Below the pieces are notes generated by a model. The model was not told the origin of the DNA, ran no database searches, and worked only from the letters and a program-made list of their open reading frames with translations. Below are positions 25,707 through 36,079 of a DNA stretch of 64,000 bases, piece after piece. Location of the stretch: the NCBI GenBank assembly GCA_002789955.1, contig PFUG01000212.1, positions 357 through 64,356 of the forward strand. The letters run 5' to 3'. This DNA is from Deltaproteobacteria bacterium CG_4_9_14_3_um_filter_63_12. Its GTDB lineage: Bacteria > Myxococcota_A > Bradymonadia > UBA4248 > UM-FILTER-63-12. The position numbers and the translations under genes were made by a program. Within the stretch, counting starts at the first letter, position 1. Every line of letters starts with the position of its first letter.

Positions 25707-27347
25707 ATGCAGCAATCAAGATATCGCGTGTTGGAGCGCATCGATTCCGGAGGGATGGCCGAGGTCTTTCGGGGCGTCGCCACCAGCATCAAGGGGTACG
25801 AGAAGGTCGTCGCGATCAAGCGCGTCCTGCCTCACCTCACGCGCAAGCACAAGTTCGTCCGCATGTTCCTGGACGAGGCGCGCCTCTCACTCGTGCTCAA
25901 CCACGCCAACATCGTGCAGGTCTTCGACCTGGGGTCGACCGACGGCACCTACTTCATCGTCATGGAGTACGTCGACGGTGTGAACATGCGCACCGTCATG
26001 CAGGAGCTCTTCAGCCGCGAAAAGAGTCTGCCCATCGGCCACGCCACCTACATCGCCATCGAGGTGTGCAAAGGGCTGGCCTACGCGCACACGCTGCAGG
26101 ACGTGTCTGGACGCACGCTCGGCATTGTGCACCGAGACGTCAGCCCGCCCAATATCCTCCTCTCGCTGCAGGGCGAGGTGAAGATCACCGACTTTGGTCT
26201 GGCCAAGGCGCGCAGCCAGTTGGAGCACACCGACCCCGGCATCATCAAGGGCAAGTTCGGCTACCTCTCGCCGGAGGCGGCCTACGGCGAGACGATCGAC
26301 TCACAGACGGACATCTTCGCCCTGGGGGTCGTGCTGTGGGAGATGCTCGCCGGGCGTCGACTGTTCGCGGGCGCGACCGAACCGAAGACTCTCGAGCTGG
26401 TGCGCAAGGCGGTCATTCCACGTCTGCGCTCCATCAACCCCGACGTGCCGGAGAACCTCGACAACATCGTCCAGAAGGCCCTCGCCCGCGACCGCGGCCG
26501 GCGCTATCACAAGGCCTCGGAGATGTCGGCGGAGCTGACGAATGTCCTCTTCGACAACAACTTCCGGGTGACCAATGCGGACATCGGTGAGTTCGCGAAG
26601 GCGAGCCTCGAGGCCGCCGGCGGAGGCTCAGGCGAGCTCGGTGTTGGCAGCGACTATCGACGCATCGACGACATGGTGCAGGAGGAGATCGAACGCATGA
26701 TCTCCCTGGACGAGTCCATGGTGATCCCCATCGTCGAAGGCGGCGGGCTGGAAGATCCGTCCAATTGGTTTTCCGACGACGCCCCCAATCAATGGGAGCG
26801 CATCAAGAGCGTCGAGGTCAGGGCGTTGAGTGTCGGCCCAGAGGCGGCCGACCCGATGACGATCAGCACGCTCATTCCCATCGACGTCGTCCAAGAGGCG
26901 ATCGAGGAGGCGAGAGCGCGCGGCGATCTGGACTGGATGACCGAGCAGGAAGGCGGAAGCGGTGAGCGACAAGACGCCGCCGCCATGCTCTCCGCGAATG
27001 CCGCTGCAGTGTACGAGGACGAGCTTCTGTCGGTCGATGTGGAGGCCTTTGATTTGGACCTCGAGCCCGCACCAGCGAAGGGCCCAGTGGACTTGCGTGC
27101 CTTTACTGCGATGGAGCCTCAGACCCTCGACGTCGAGGTGGTGACCAGCAGCGACGAGCCCATCGTCAGGGTTGCGCCCGAGAGCCCTGTGGCGAGTGAC
27201 GAGAGCTCTCTCGAGGCCTTGGAGAGCTACGCGGAAGAGGCCTTCGAGCGAGAGGAGGAGGAGGCCGAGGCCGACTTTTCGAAGCCGCTGCTGATCCTCG
27301 CCATACTGTTCACGCTCGCGGCGGTCGCCGCCGCGATGATGCTCTGA
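25707..27347 (+). CDS. Hanks-type Ser/Thr protein kinase with acidic linker and C-terminal tail-anchor TM
   Basis: VAIKRV lysine, HRDVSPPNILL, DFGLAKA and GKFGYLSPE. The glycine loop is degenerate (IDSGGMAEVF). Terminal TM helix LLILAILFTLAAVAAAMML. An alternative GTG start lies at 25692. Confidence 0.85.
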   Translation: MQQSRYRVLERIDSGGMAEVFRGVATSIKGYEKVVAIKRVLPHLTRKHKFVRMFLDEARLSLVLNHANIVQVFDLGSTDGTYFIVMEYVDGVNMRTVMQELFSREKSLPIGHATYIAIEVCKGLAYAHTLQDVSGRTLGIVHRDVSPPNILLSLQGEVKITDFGLAKARSQLEHTDPGIIKGKFGYLSPEAAYGETIDSQTDIFALGVVLWEMLAGRRLFAGATEPKTLELVRKAVIPRLRSINPDVPENLDNIVQKALARDRGRRYHKASEMSAELTNVLFDNNFRVTNADIGEFAKASLEAAGGGSGELGVGSDYRRIDDMVQEEIERMISLDESMVIPIVEGGGLEDPSNWFSDDAPNQWERIKSVEVRALSVGPEAADPMTISTLIPIDVVQEAIEEARARGDLDWMTEQEGGSGERQDAAAMLSANAAAVYEDELLSVDVEAFDLDLEPAPAKGPVDLRAFTAMEPQTLDVEVVTSSDEPIVRVAPESPVASDESSLEALESYAEEAFEREEEEAEADFSKPLLILAILFTLAAVAAAMML

Positions 27348-27668
27348 GCCCCGATAGGAGCGATATTGGCTGACGCGAATTCCTCTGACAAGCCAGGTTG
27401 CGCTTGCGTTTGGTGACCACCCAGCAGAGCCTTGACGGCGAACGGCGGGCGAAGTAGTGGCTGTGCCAAATCACAAGACGTTGGGTAGAGCCGATGGATG
27501 ATGGGTTCGGCGCACCGCGAGTCGTGGGTAGACACCTGACCAGGACGAGAGCCCGATAGGAGAGCGCCGACCGCGAGCGCAGGCACCTCACCTCACTCGC
27601 TCGAAGCGATGCCGCGGAGCGAGCGAACCTCAATCGACCATTCCTTTGTGCAATTAGAGGTTGTGGAG

Positions 27669-28892
27669 ATGGGAAACGTCCTAGTGATGATCCTGGCTGG
27701 TGGAGAGGGGAAACGCCTGTGGCCGTTGACCGCAGACCGTGCCAAGCCATCGGTGCCCTTCGGCGGACGGTATCGGCTGATCGACTTCGTTCTCTCGAAC
27801 TTCGTCAACTCCAAGTTCTTCAAGATCAAGGTGTTGACGCAGTACAAGTCGAACTCCCTGAACACCCACCTGAACCGAGGTTGGCGCCTGGCGCGCATCC
27901 TCGACCACTACATCGAGGCGGTGCCTGCGCAGCAGAACCTGGGTCCCAAGTGGTACGAAGGCTCGGCGGACGCCATCTATCAGAACCTCAACATCATCAC
28001 CGACGAGGAGCCAGACTACGTCTGTGTCTTCGGGGCCGACCACGTCTACAAGATGGACGTCTCGCAGATGTTGAAGTTCCACATCGAGACCCAGGCCGAC
28101 CTGACGGTCGCCGCCAAGCCGGTGTCCCTCGAGGAAGCGAAGGGCTTCGGCGTCATCGAGGTCGACAAGGACCTCCGCATGATCGCCTGGGAAGAGAAGC
28201 CTCCGGAGCCCAAACCCATGCCCTCGGACCCGACTCGAGCGCTGGCCTCCATGGGAAACTACGTCTTCAACACCGATGTCCTGGTTCGCGAGCTGCAACG
28301 AGATGCCGAGAAGGAGTCGAGCATCCACGACTTCGGGCGCAACATCATCACCGACATGTACAAGCGCTCGCGGGTCTACGCCTACGACTTCGAGACCAAC
28401 ATCATCCCTGGCCAGCCCGCCAACGAGAAAGGCTACTGGAAGGATGTCGGGACGCTGGACGCCTACTACGTCGCCAACCTCGATCTCGTCTCCGCCAGCC
28501 CGACCTTCGACCTCTACAACAAGCGCTGGCCAGTCCGAACGCACCGCGCCCAGATTCCTCCTGCGAAGTTCGTCCACTCCACCGGTGAGCGCATCGGCGT
28601 CGCGACCAACTCCTTGGTCTCGGATGGCTGCATCATTTCGGGAGGTCGTATCGAGCGCTCGATCCTCTTCCCCAACGTCCGCATCAACAGCTTCTCGCAG
28701 GTCGAGGAGTCCATCATCTTCGAGGGCGTGGACATCGGGCGGCACACGAGGATTCGTAACACCATCATCGACAAGGGCGTCCGCATCCCACCAGGCACAG
28801 AGATCGGTTACGACATCGAAGCCGACCGCGCGCGCTTCTTCGTCGACGAGGTCGGGCACGTGGTGGTCGCCAAGAACACGTTGATCGACTGA
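27669..28892 (+). CDS. glgC: Glucose-1-phosphate adenylyltransferase
   Basis: [45 protein letters not shown] and PPAKF match GlgC throughout. Confidence 0.9.
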   Translation: MGNVLVMILAGGEGKRLWPLTADRAKPSVPFGGRYRLIDFVLSNFVNSKFFKIKVLTQYKSNSLNTHLNRGWRLARILDHYIEAVPAQQNLGPKWYEGSADAIYQNLNIITDEEPDYVCVFGADHVYKMDVSQMLKFHIETQADLTVAAKPVSLEEAKGFGVIEVDKDLRMIAWEEKPPEPKPMPSDPTRALASMGNYVFNTDVLVRELQRDAEKESSIHDFGRNIITDMYKRSRVYAYDFETNIIPGQPANEKGYWKDVGTLDAYYVANLDLVSASPTFDLYNKRWPVRTHRAQIPPAKFVHSTGERIGVATNSLVSDGCIISGGRIERSILFPNVRINSFSQVEESIIFEGVDIGRHTRIRNTIIDKGVRIPPGTEIGYDIEADRARFFVDEVGHVVVAKNTLID

Positions 28893-28996
28893 TTCGTCGC
28901 CGCTCGAGGTGCGAGGGTGGAGCGGTCACGCTCCACTCTCGACTGGCACCTGAACGGGCGAGCCTCGGCCGGCCAGATTTCACGACAGAGCACGTC

Positions 28997-31171
28997 ATGA
29001 CAGCAGACCCCTCGACGACGCCAGTCGCTTTCATCTGGCACATGCACCAACCACCCTATTGGGTTGGCGACGAGGCCCCTATCCTGCCTTGGGTTCGGCT
29101 GCATGCCATCAAGGCCTACTACGATATGGCGTGGATCGCCGAGCGCTTCCCGAAAGTGCACGGGGTCTTCAACTTCTCCGGCGCGCTGTTGCAGCAACTC
29201 CAGATGCTCGCTGACGGCAAGGTGCGAGATCAGTGGTACCGGCTCTCCAGCAAGCCCGCAGAGTTGCTCGACCTGGACGAGCGGGCCTTCATCCTCGAGC
29301 ACTTCTTCAGCCTGTCTTGGGCTCGCTTGGTCGAACCCCACAGCCGTTACGCTGAGCTCCTGCTCAAGCGCGGCCGCGGGAACAAGAAAGTCCCCGCGAA
29401 GCTCGCCGCGACCTTTGATGTGAACGAGCTCAGAGACCTGCAGTGTCTCTTTAACTTGAGTTGGTTCGGGTTCGCGGCTCGCGAGACGCTTCCCGAGATC
29501 GGAGAGCTGCTCGCCCAGGGCCGGCTCTTCAGCGAGTCCCAGAAGGCACGAATCCTCGAGCTGCAGCTGCAGGTCTGCGAGCGCATCCTCCCGCTCTACA
29601 AGAAGCTCGCGGAGAGAGGGCAGAGCGAGCTGACGACGACACCCATGAACCACCCGATTCTGCCACTGCTCTGCGACACGAACGTGGCGATCGGGCTGGA
29701 GGTGGATCGCTCGATGCCACCCCGTTTTGCGTGGCCGAGCGACGCTGTGAGGCAGGTGCACCGCGCCCTCGACGTCTTCGAGCGGGCCTTTGGCCGCCGC
29801 CCAAGAGGGATGTGGCCGGCAGAAGGGGCGGTAAGCGACGAGTCCATCGGCCTCATCGCGAGCGCCGGGCTGCAGTGGATCGCTACCGACGAGCACATCC
29901 TGCTGCGCAGCCCAGGAGGCGAGGGGCCCAGAAATGACGTGGTGTACCGACCGTACACGATCCAGAGCACAGGGGGCCCGCTCAACATTCTGTTCCGAGA
30001 CACGGAGATCAGCGACCTCATCGGGTTCCAATATCGGGACAACCCGCCCCGAGAAGCCGCAGCGGACCTGATCTCCCGAATCGAGGGCGCTGGCGGTCGC
30101 GCCCTTCGCGCCAGGCCAGCCGACCGACTGGTGACCATCGTCTTGGATGGTGAGAACCCATGGGAGTACTACCCTAACGACGGACGGGACTTCCTCGAGG
30201 CGCTCTATAGCCAGCTCAGCGTGCACGCCAGTGTGAAAACCGTCCTACCCAGTCTGTACCTCGCAGGGAGCCCACCAGCACGCCGACTGGAACGCATCCA
30301 CCCTGGGAGCTGGATCGAGGCCGATTTCCACATCTGGATCGGCCATCCGGCAAAGAACCAAGCGTGGAAGCTGCTCGGGCAAGTCCGTGAGCTGGTCCAA
30401 GCCAAGCTGCACGGCGGCGAGCAAGACGCAGCGGTCGTCGAGCGCGTGATGGAGAGCCTGGACCGCGCCGAGGCGAGCGACTGGTTCTGGTGGTACGGCC
30501 CCAACTTCACCAGCGACCAGGACAGCATCTTCGACCTCCTCTTCCGATCCAACCTTCAGCGCGCCTGCAACCTGCTGCACATTGACCCTCCGGCCGAGCT
30601 TGCGAGCGCCATCGAGAGCACCGCGGGCGACGAGCTGCACGGTGATTTCACGGCGCCTGGAGCGTTCATCACTCCTCGGATCGACGGGGAGTGCGCCAAC
30701 TACTTCGACTGGCTCGAGGCCGGCAAATATCGTCCGACGGGCGGTCAGTCCAGCATGTTTCGAGCGCAGGGGCTGTTCACCGATGTGCAGTTCGGGCGAG
30801 ACCTCGAGCACCTCTACCTGCGCTTCGATCGCAACCCTGAGCGCCGTGTGGACTTCGAGCTGCGGCTCAAAGTCGCGTGCGGCGACCAAGTGCTCGATGT
30901 CGCCTACTCGTCCGAGCACCCCATCGACCTGCTGCTCAAACTGTCGAACGCCTCGTCGGAGCCCGCCGTCGCTCGCCATGGGAGCGCATCGCTCAGGCGC
31001 AGCCTGGTGTTGGCGATTCCGCTGGCGATGTTCGATGACTCGAAGGGGAGGTTGGTCACCTGGTCGGCCAGAGTGCTTTCACAAGGGCTCGAGGTCTCTC
31101 GGCTGCCCTCGAGCGGCTCGTTGGTGGTGCCTGGCCTCGAACAGACGCGGCAGCAGAACTGGTTCATCTAG
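28997..31171 (+). CDS. Glycoside hydrolase family 57 protein (alpha-glucan processing; glycogen metabolism)
   Basis: N-terminal FIWHMHQPPYW is the GH57 signature. 724 aa with a C-terminal extension. Adjacent to glgC. Confidence 0.8.
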   Translation: MTADPSTTPVAFIWHMHQPPYWVGDEAPILPWVRLHAIKAYYDMAWIAERFPKVHGVFNFSGALLQQLQMLADGKVRDQWYRLSSKPAELLDLDERAFILEHFFSLSWARLVEPHSRYAELLLKRGRGNKKVPAKLAATFDVNELRDLQCLFNLSWFGFAARETLPEIGELLAQGRLFSESQKARILELQLQVCERILPLYKKLAERGQSELTTTPMNHPILPLLCDTNVAIGLEVDRSMPPRFAWPSDAVRQVHRALDVFERAFGRRPRGMWPAEGAVSDESIGLIASAGLQWIATDEHILLRSPGGEGPRNDVVYRPYTIQSTGGPLNILFRDTEISDLIGFQYRDNPPREAAADLISRIEGAGGRALRARPADRLVTIVLDGENPWEYYPNDGRDFLEALYSQLSVHASVKTVLPSLYLAGSPPARRLERIHPGSWIEADFHIWIGHPAKNQAWKLLGQVRELVQAKLHGGEQDAAVVERVMESLDRAEASDWFWWYGPNFTSDQDSIFDLLFRSNLQRACNLLHIDPPAELASAIESTAGDELHGDFTAPGAFITPRIDGECANYFDWLEAGKYRPTGGQSSMFRAQGLFTDVQFGRDLEHLYLRFDRNPERRVDFELRLKVACGDQVLDVAYSSEHPIDLLLKLSNASSEPAVARHGSASLRRSLVLAIPLAMFDDSKGRLVTWSARVLSQGLEVSRLPSSGSLVVPGLEQTRQQNWFI

Positions 31172-31194
31172 AGCTAGGTCGCTCGCTCCGCAGC

Positions 31195-31265
31195 ACGGCG
31201 CTCGCTCGAAACGAGCGAGCTGGAGTGCCTGCGCTCGCGCTCGCGCGCAGGCACTCCCCCGGGCT
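31195..31265 (-). repeat. Family-2 GC-rich hairpin repeat copy plus a 13-bp-stem hairpin GGAGTGCCTGCGC/GCGCAGGCACTCC
   Basis: CTCGCTCGaaaCGAGCGAGCTGGAGTGCC is the reverse complement of the 13360-13395 unit. Downstream of the GH57 gene. Confidence 0.65.
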
Positions 31266-31443
31266 CGACGCGAGCACACTCCAGATTGACACGCCATCGT
31301 GGACGGCGTGGTTCCTGTACCCACGCCCCGAACTTTGGTAACAAACGCGGGTCGTTTCACGGGGCTGCGGCCAATCCACGTGGGACTCGAGCTGGTCTGC
31401 CCCAGACGGCTCGCCACTGAACCCGAACAGAGCCTGAGCTGCG

Positions 31444-33390
31444 ATGATGAGTAGACTGCAATCGAAACCAATGGGGCCTCTCACGAAGGCGGCCTGCTCT
31501 GTCGTCGCCCTGTGCCTCCTCGCCAGCGGCCTGCTCTCCTGCCAAGAGCGAGCAGAGCGCACTGTCGCGTTGACCCAAGAGCAGTGGAAACGCGTCAAGA
31601 AGAACGTCAGCGACGAGCGGCCGACCCCATCGACCGTGGTCGAGGCGACCTTCGGACTGAAAGATCGCCCCTTGATCGAGCTCGTGGGCTACGACCTCTC
31701 CCCTCGCAACCTCGTGACCGGCAAGAACTTCACCGTCACGTGGTACTGGCACAGCCTCGAAAAGACAGACACGAACTACAAAGCCTTCGTTCATCTCGTG
31801 CCTATCGGCAGCGGCGCCTTCCAGAACCTCGATCACCACCCTGTCGACAACCTCTATCAGACCAGCACCTGGGAGGCCGGGAAGTACGTCACCGACGCGC
31901 AGACCGTCACGCTCAAGGCTGGCTTCTCGTCTTCGGGCGGCAAGTTCCAGCTCGGTTTCTTCGAGCAGCAATCCGGTCAGCGGCTGAGCATCATCGACCC
32001 AGGCCGAGGCACCGTCATCGAGGACGGCAAGCTCGAGGTTGGCCAAACCTCCACAAAGAACGACAAGAACCTCGTCGTCCCGCTCGTCGACCTCGACGAG
32101 GCCCCCGTCATGGACGGACTGCTGACCGACCCGGCCTGGCGAATTGCCGGGCGGACTCAATCTTTCACGGCCGCAGGAGATGGCAAGCCAGTCGACTTCG
32201 CGACCACCGCGAAGGCCATCTACACCGCAGAGGCGCTCTACCTCGGCTTCGACGTTCGCGACAAGGACATCCGCACCCGCTTCACCAAGAGAGACGACAC
32301 GCTCTGGGAGCAGGACTGCGTCGAGATCTACCTCAACCCAGACAACGACAACGGCACCTACTGGGAACTGCAGCTCAGCCCAGGCGACGGCGAGAACGGT
32401 CAAACGCCCCTCTTCGACGCGTACTTCGAGACCCACCGCACTCCAGCGTGGAAGATCGCCATGAACACGACCTTTGTCGGCCTCGAGGCCAAGGTCGATC
32501 GCCGTGGCTCGCTCAACAGCGACGACAACACCCTCGACGACACTGGATACACCGTCGAGGTGAAGATCCCCTTCCAGAACCTCTCGAACACACCCAACGC
32601 CATCGAACGGATCAAGCTCGCGAACGCATCACCGAAGGTCGGAGACACCTGGCGGGTCAATTTCTTCCGAGTCGACTATCAGGAGACTGACGGCAACAAG
32701 CAGACTCGGCACGCGTCCTGGTCCCCTTCGGGGGGGGATTTCCACAACCTCGATGCGCTCGGGACGATGGAGTTCGGCGAGAAGTCGACCTCCAAGACCA
32801 GTCAGCCCACGCCACGGATGTCCTCGCCGAGAGTGCGAGCGATGCTCACGCAAAAGGGCAGAGCGGTCGACCCGTCCAGCCTGTCAAAGGCCCTGCGGGA
32901 GTCCGAGGCCCAGTTCCTGACTTGCTTCCACAAAGGGACCGAGATCCCTACCCAGGCGCTCACTCACGAATTCACCGTACGGCTCTCCGCCGAAGCCTCG
33001 GTGGATTCGGTCACCCGCATCGACAACGGAGATGCGGCGACGATGGACTGTCTGGTCAAGGAGATCGAAACCTGGACGGACCTCAAGATCGTGGAGCTGT
33101 CGCCTGAACCAGTCACTCCTCCGACCACCGACCAGGTAGGGGCCACCGCACCGACGGCCGACGACCAGACCTTGCGGTCGGTGGGCATCCGAATTCAATA
33201 CACACCCGGAGGGACAGGCGCGCACACCCCCCAGCGCACCGGCCAGGATGAACCGGCCGAGGGCGTTGCGCCGATGCTGGAGCCGGCGGCCGTCCCCACC
33301 AGGGTTGCCCCCATCGAGCTGCGCCGAACCATCAACACCGAAGGCGTGAACCCGGCCAGGCCCATGAAAGAAATGCGCGCACCTCAGTGA
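31444..33390 (+). CDS. Lipoprotein with CBM9-like/DOMON-like carbohydrate-binding domain
   Basis: Lipobox LLASGLLSC. DCVEIYLNPDNDNGTYWELQ and WRVNFFRVDY resemble CBM9-type motifs. Start is M1 or M10. Confidence 0.7.
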   Translation: MMSRLQSKPMGPLTKAACSVVALCLLASGLLSCQERAERTVALTQEQWKRVKKNVSDERPTPSTVVEATFGLKDRPLIELVGYDLSPRNLVTGKNFTVTWYWHSLEKTDTNYKAFVHLVPIGSGAFQNLDHHPVDNLYQTSTWEAGKYVTDAQTVTLKAGFSSSGGKFQLGFFEQQSGQRLSIIDPGRGTVIEDGKLEVGQTSTKNDKNLVVPLVDLDEAPVMDGLLTDPAWRIAGRTQSFTAAGDGKPVDFATTAKAIYTAEALYLGFDVRDKDIRTRFTKRDDTLWEQDCVEIYLNPDNDNGTYWELQLSPGDGENGQTPLFDAYFETHRTPAWKIAMNTTFVGLEAKVDRRGSLNSDDNTLDDTGYTVEVKIPFQNLSNTPNAIERIKLANASPKVGDTWRVNFFRVDYQETDGNKQTRHASWSPSGGDFHNLDALGTMEFGEKSTSKTSQPTPRMSSPRVRAMLTQKGRAVDPSSLSKALRESEAQFLTCFHKGTEIPTQALTHEFTVRLSAEASVDSVTRIDNGDAATMDCLVKEIETWTDLKIVELSPEPVTPPTTDQVGATAPTADDQTLRSVGIRIQYTPGGTGAHTPQRTGQDEPAEGVAPMLEPAAVPTRVAPIELRRTINTEGVNPARPMKEMRAPQ

Positions 33391-35678
33391 CTTGCTTGCT
33401 CGGACTCCGAGTAGCGCTCGCGCAGCAGGTAGATGATGGTGTCCTTCGCGCACTCCTTGCAGTAGCCGAAGGCGGTCTCCATGTTGCTTAGGGTCGTCTC
33501 AACCTGGGTGAGGTCGTCCTTCGCGAGGGCGTCACGTCCGTCGTGGAGGAAGAGCAGGAGGTTACGTTCGATGCGCTTCACCACCGTCTTGCGCTCGTTG
33601 AAGTAGGACTGCTCGATGGCGATGAAGAGCTCTGGGAAGATCTCGGAGTACTTGAGGTCGGCCTCTGGGTTGTCGATGCGAAACGCCGCGACAGCGCTGA
33701 TCACCTCATCGCGGAAGCGCACGTTGTCGGTGTTGATGCCGAGCTTCTTCTCCATCTCGTGCATGAAGCTCTCGCTGACCTCTTCGGTCTTGCCGGTGAC
33801 CGGGTTGAGAATCCTCTCCCCCTTCATCTGGTGTGAGACCATGGACACATAGCGCGAGAAGTAGCGCTCGTAGGAAGCCTCCTCCACGAGTCCCATGCTC
33901 GAACGCACGTCGCCGTCCACGAGATCGAGGTACTTCTGCTTGACGACATCGATGAACTCGGCCGGCGAATGGTATTGGCCGTCAGATTTGATTCTGAGGA
34001 AAGGATGGATGGACGCGTCCTTGACCAGCTCTCGCAGCTCCTCGAAGACCGATTGCGGGCTCAGGCAGGCGTACTCGGTTCGCTGTACGGCCCTGAAGAT
34101 CAGGCTCTTGGTCTCGCGAGGGCTCATCCCGTAGAGCCCTTCGTATTCAAGGGAGGACTGATACTCGGCGTGAATGTCCTCGACGAGGGCCCGCATCTCT
34201 CTGGCTTGTTCGCCGGTGAGCCCGTCCGGGACTTTTCCATGGGTGTAGAGCTCCGCCTTCTCCAACGGGCTCAGGCTCGTCATGACATCCCGGACCAGCT
34301 CTGGGTAGAGCTTCGCGTCCGGCGGCATCAGACGGGTCAATACCGACCACAGCGACGCCACATAAGTCGTGCGCGGCGCGACGTGAATCGGCAGCTCGGT
34401 CGCTTCGAGCATCTGGTCGTAGATCCGTTGCTCCGTCACGTAGTTGAGAATGTAGGGCATGCGGACAAGGTCCAAACGGCCTTTGAATGAGGCGTACTCT
34501 GGTTGTCCTTTGAACGCCTCGAGGAAGTTCTCGTTGGCGCTGCCGATAAGAAAACTGTCGATGGCGAGGATGGCGTGTTCGACGGGCACTGTGCCCTTCT
34601 CGACGGTGCCGATGAGGTACTTGTTGAGGTCGGGGTGGCGCTTGAGGAGGTCGTTGAACTCGGTGATGCCTCGGTTGCCGTCAACCAAATCCCCCATGGG
34701 TTCGAAGAGCGTTTGATTCTGCAGGGCGATGGGCAGGGCTTGCAGCGAGCGGTCCGCGGTGACCTGCCGAGAGCCGGCGTCGACGCGAAGCTGGGGTTCG
34801 ACCGTCACCGCAGATTGGCGGTAGCTCTTTGAGATGTAGAAGCGCTCGACCTGGACATGTTTGAGCACTTCTCGGAAATCCCCTCTATAAGAGGTGAGCA
34901 GCGCGTTGTAGATCAGTCGAGACTTGTGCGAGAGATCCCCCTCGAAAATGTAGTCTGACAGCGTGAAGTCTGCTTTCCCGCCCTTTGCTTTGATCTCGCG
35001 GCTCTCCTTTCCGAAGATCTTCAACAGGTGTTCTTGGCGTTGTTTCGGTGGGATGAGAAGGAGCGGGTTGTCACGGAGCTCCTCGAGCAGCTTGGCGTCC
35101 AGCTGCAGCTCGTCGAGGTGAGCGTAGCTCTCCAGACGAGGCTCCCGGCTCGCTTTCTCCCCTTCGTTGCCAAACCCAATCGCCGTGCGGATCAGCTTGT
35201 CAGTCGGGAACACCCAGTTGAACCGGTACAGCGGTCCTTCGTCGAGACGGCTGTAGTGCTCCAAACCCCTGACGATGCAGTTGATCAGACTCGATTTCGC
35301 CGAGCCGTTCGGTCCGTGTAGGAGGACCAGACGAGTGATCCGGCGCTCCCGAATGAAGTTGTTCAGGATTCGGTAGATCTCGTTCTGCGCCTCCTCGTGC
35401 CCGACCAGGCGATTCTTGCCGCCCAGGAAGTCCATGTCGAAAAGACGAAACCGGCGCTGCTTGCGGACCCCAATGTCGACGACGTCCTCGCCGAAGTAGT
35501 CGAACATGTCGCGCACGTACTGGGCGATGCTGCGGCTGTGCAGCTGAGGCTCGGCTTGGAAGGCTTCGAAGTACTCGTCGAAGCTCATCAAACTGCGCTT
35601 CTCTTCGAACGTCGTCCGAATCGAATCGCTGAGTTCGGTCAGAAAATTTGAGCTCGGGGTCTTCGTTTCCGTCGACAT
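33384..35678 (-). CDS. prkA: PrkA-family serine protein kinase (AAA+ N-domain)
   Basis: Walker A VLLHGPNGSAKSSL within a PrkA-like N-terminal region. The total length of 765 aa and conserved C-terminal PrkA region fit PrkA. Perfect AAGGAG RBS before the ATG at 35678. No yeaH or spoVR partners are adjacent. Confidence 0.85.
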   Translation of the reverse strand: MSTETKTPSSNFLTELSDSIRTTFEEKRSLMSFDEYFEAFQAEPQLHSRSIAQYVRDMFDYFGEDVVDIGVRKQRRFRLFDMDFLGGKNRLVGHEEAQNEIYRILNNFIRERRITRLVLLHGPNGSAKSSLINCIVRGLEHYSRLDEGPLYRFNWVFPTDKLIRTAIGFGNEGEKASREPRLESYAHLDELQLDAKLLEELRDNPLLLIPPKQRQEHLLKIFGKESREIKAKGGKADFTLSDYIFEGDLSHKSRLIYNALLTSYRGDFREVLKHVQVERFYISKSYRQSAVTVEPQLRVDAGSRQVTADRSLQALPIALQNQTLFEPMGDLVDGNRGITEFNDLLKRHPDLNKYLIGTVEKGTVPVEHAILAIDSFLIGSANENFLEAFKGQPEYASFKGRLDLVRMPYILNYVTEQRIYDQMLEATELPIHVAPRTTYVASLWSVLTRLMPPDAKLYPELVRDVMTSLSPLEKAELYTHGKVPDGLTGEQAREMRALVEDIHAEYQSSLEYEGLYGMSPRETKSLIFRAVQRTEYACLSPQSVFEELRELVKDASIHPFLRIKSDGQYHSPAEFIDVVKQKYLDLVDGDVRSSMGLVEEASYERYFSRYVSMVSHQMKGERILNPVTGKTEEVSESFMHEMEKKLGINTDNVRFRDEVISAVAAFRIDNPEADLKYSEIFPELFIAIEQSYFNERKTVVKRIERNLLLFLHDGRDALAKDDLTQVETTLSNMETAFGYCKECAKDTIIYLLRERYSESEQASH

Positions 35679-36079
35679 ATCGGGGATCTCCTTGCCAATT
35701 CGGAACGGGCGCACATCGGAGCCAAAAACGCGGGCATCATAGGATGAGACAACCGACGGGGAAAGCGAGCGCAAGCAGAGGACGACCGCTTGAGTTGGAC
35801 AGCGAGCGAGAACGGGATCAGCGGTCAGCATAGTGCGCTGCTGCCTTCGAAACAGTCCGGTGTCGCCGAGCGCGCGAAATCCAATCGTTGACACTGCGCG
35901 GTGCATCTTTGAGACTAACGGCGGTTTGGGTGTCGCCGCATCGGGCCGCGTTCGACCAAGCCCCGCGACGGGTCGCTGTGGGTCGGAAAGCTCGGACCAC
36001 ACAGGTGGCCGCACTCGAAGACTGTCTGGCTAGCTATAGCTATTATCCATCGAGGATTTGCATTCCAAAGGAGGTGACG

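Noticed and set aside
28935-28965. TGGCAC-containing sequence (TGGCACctgaaCGGGC) as a sigma-54 promoter before the GH57 gene
   Set aside because: The -12 element (TTGCA) is absent at the required spacing.
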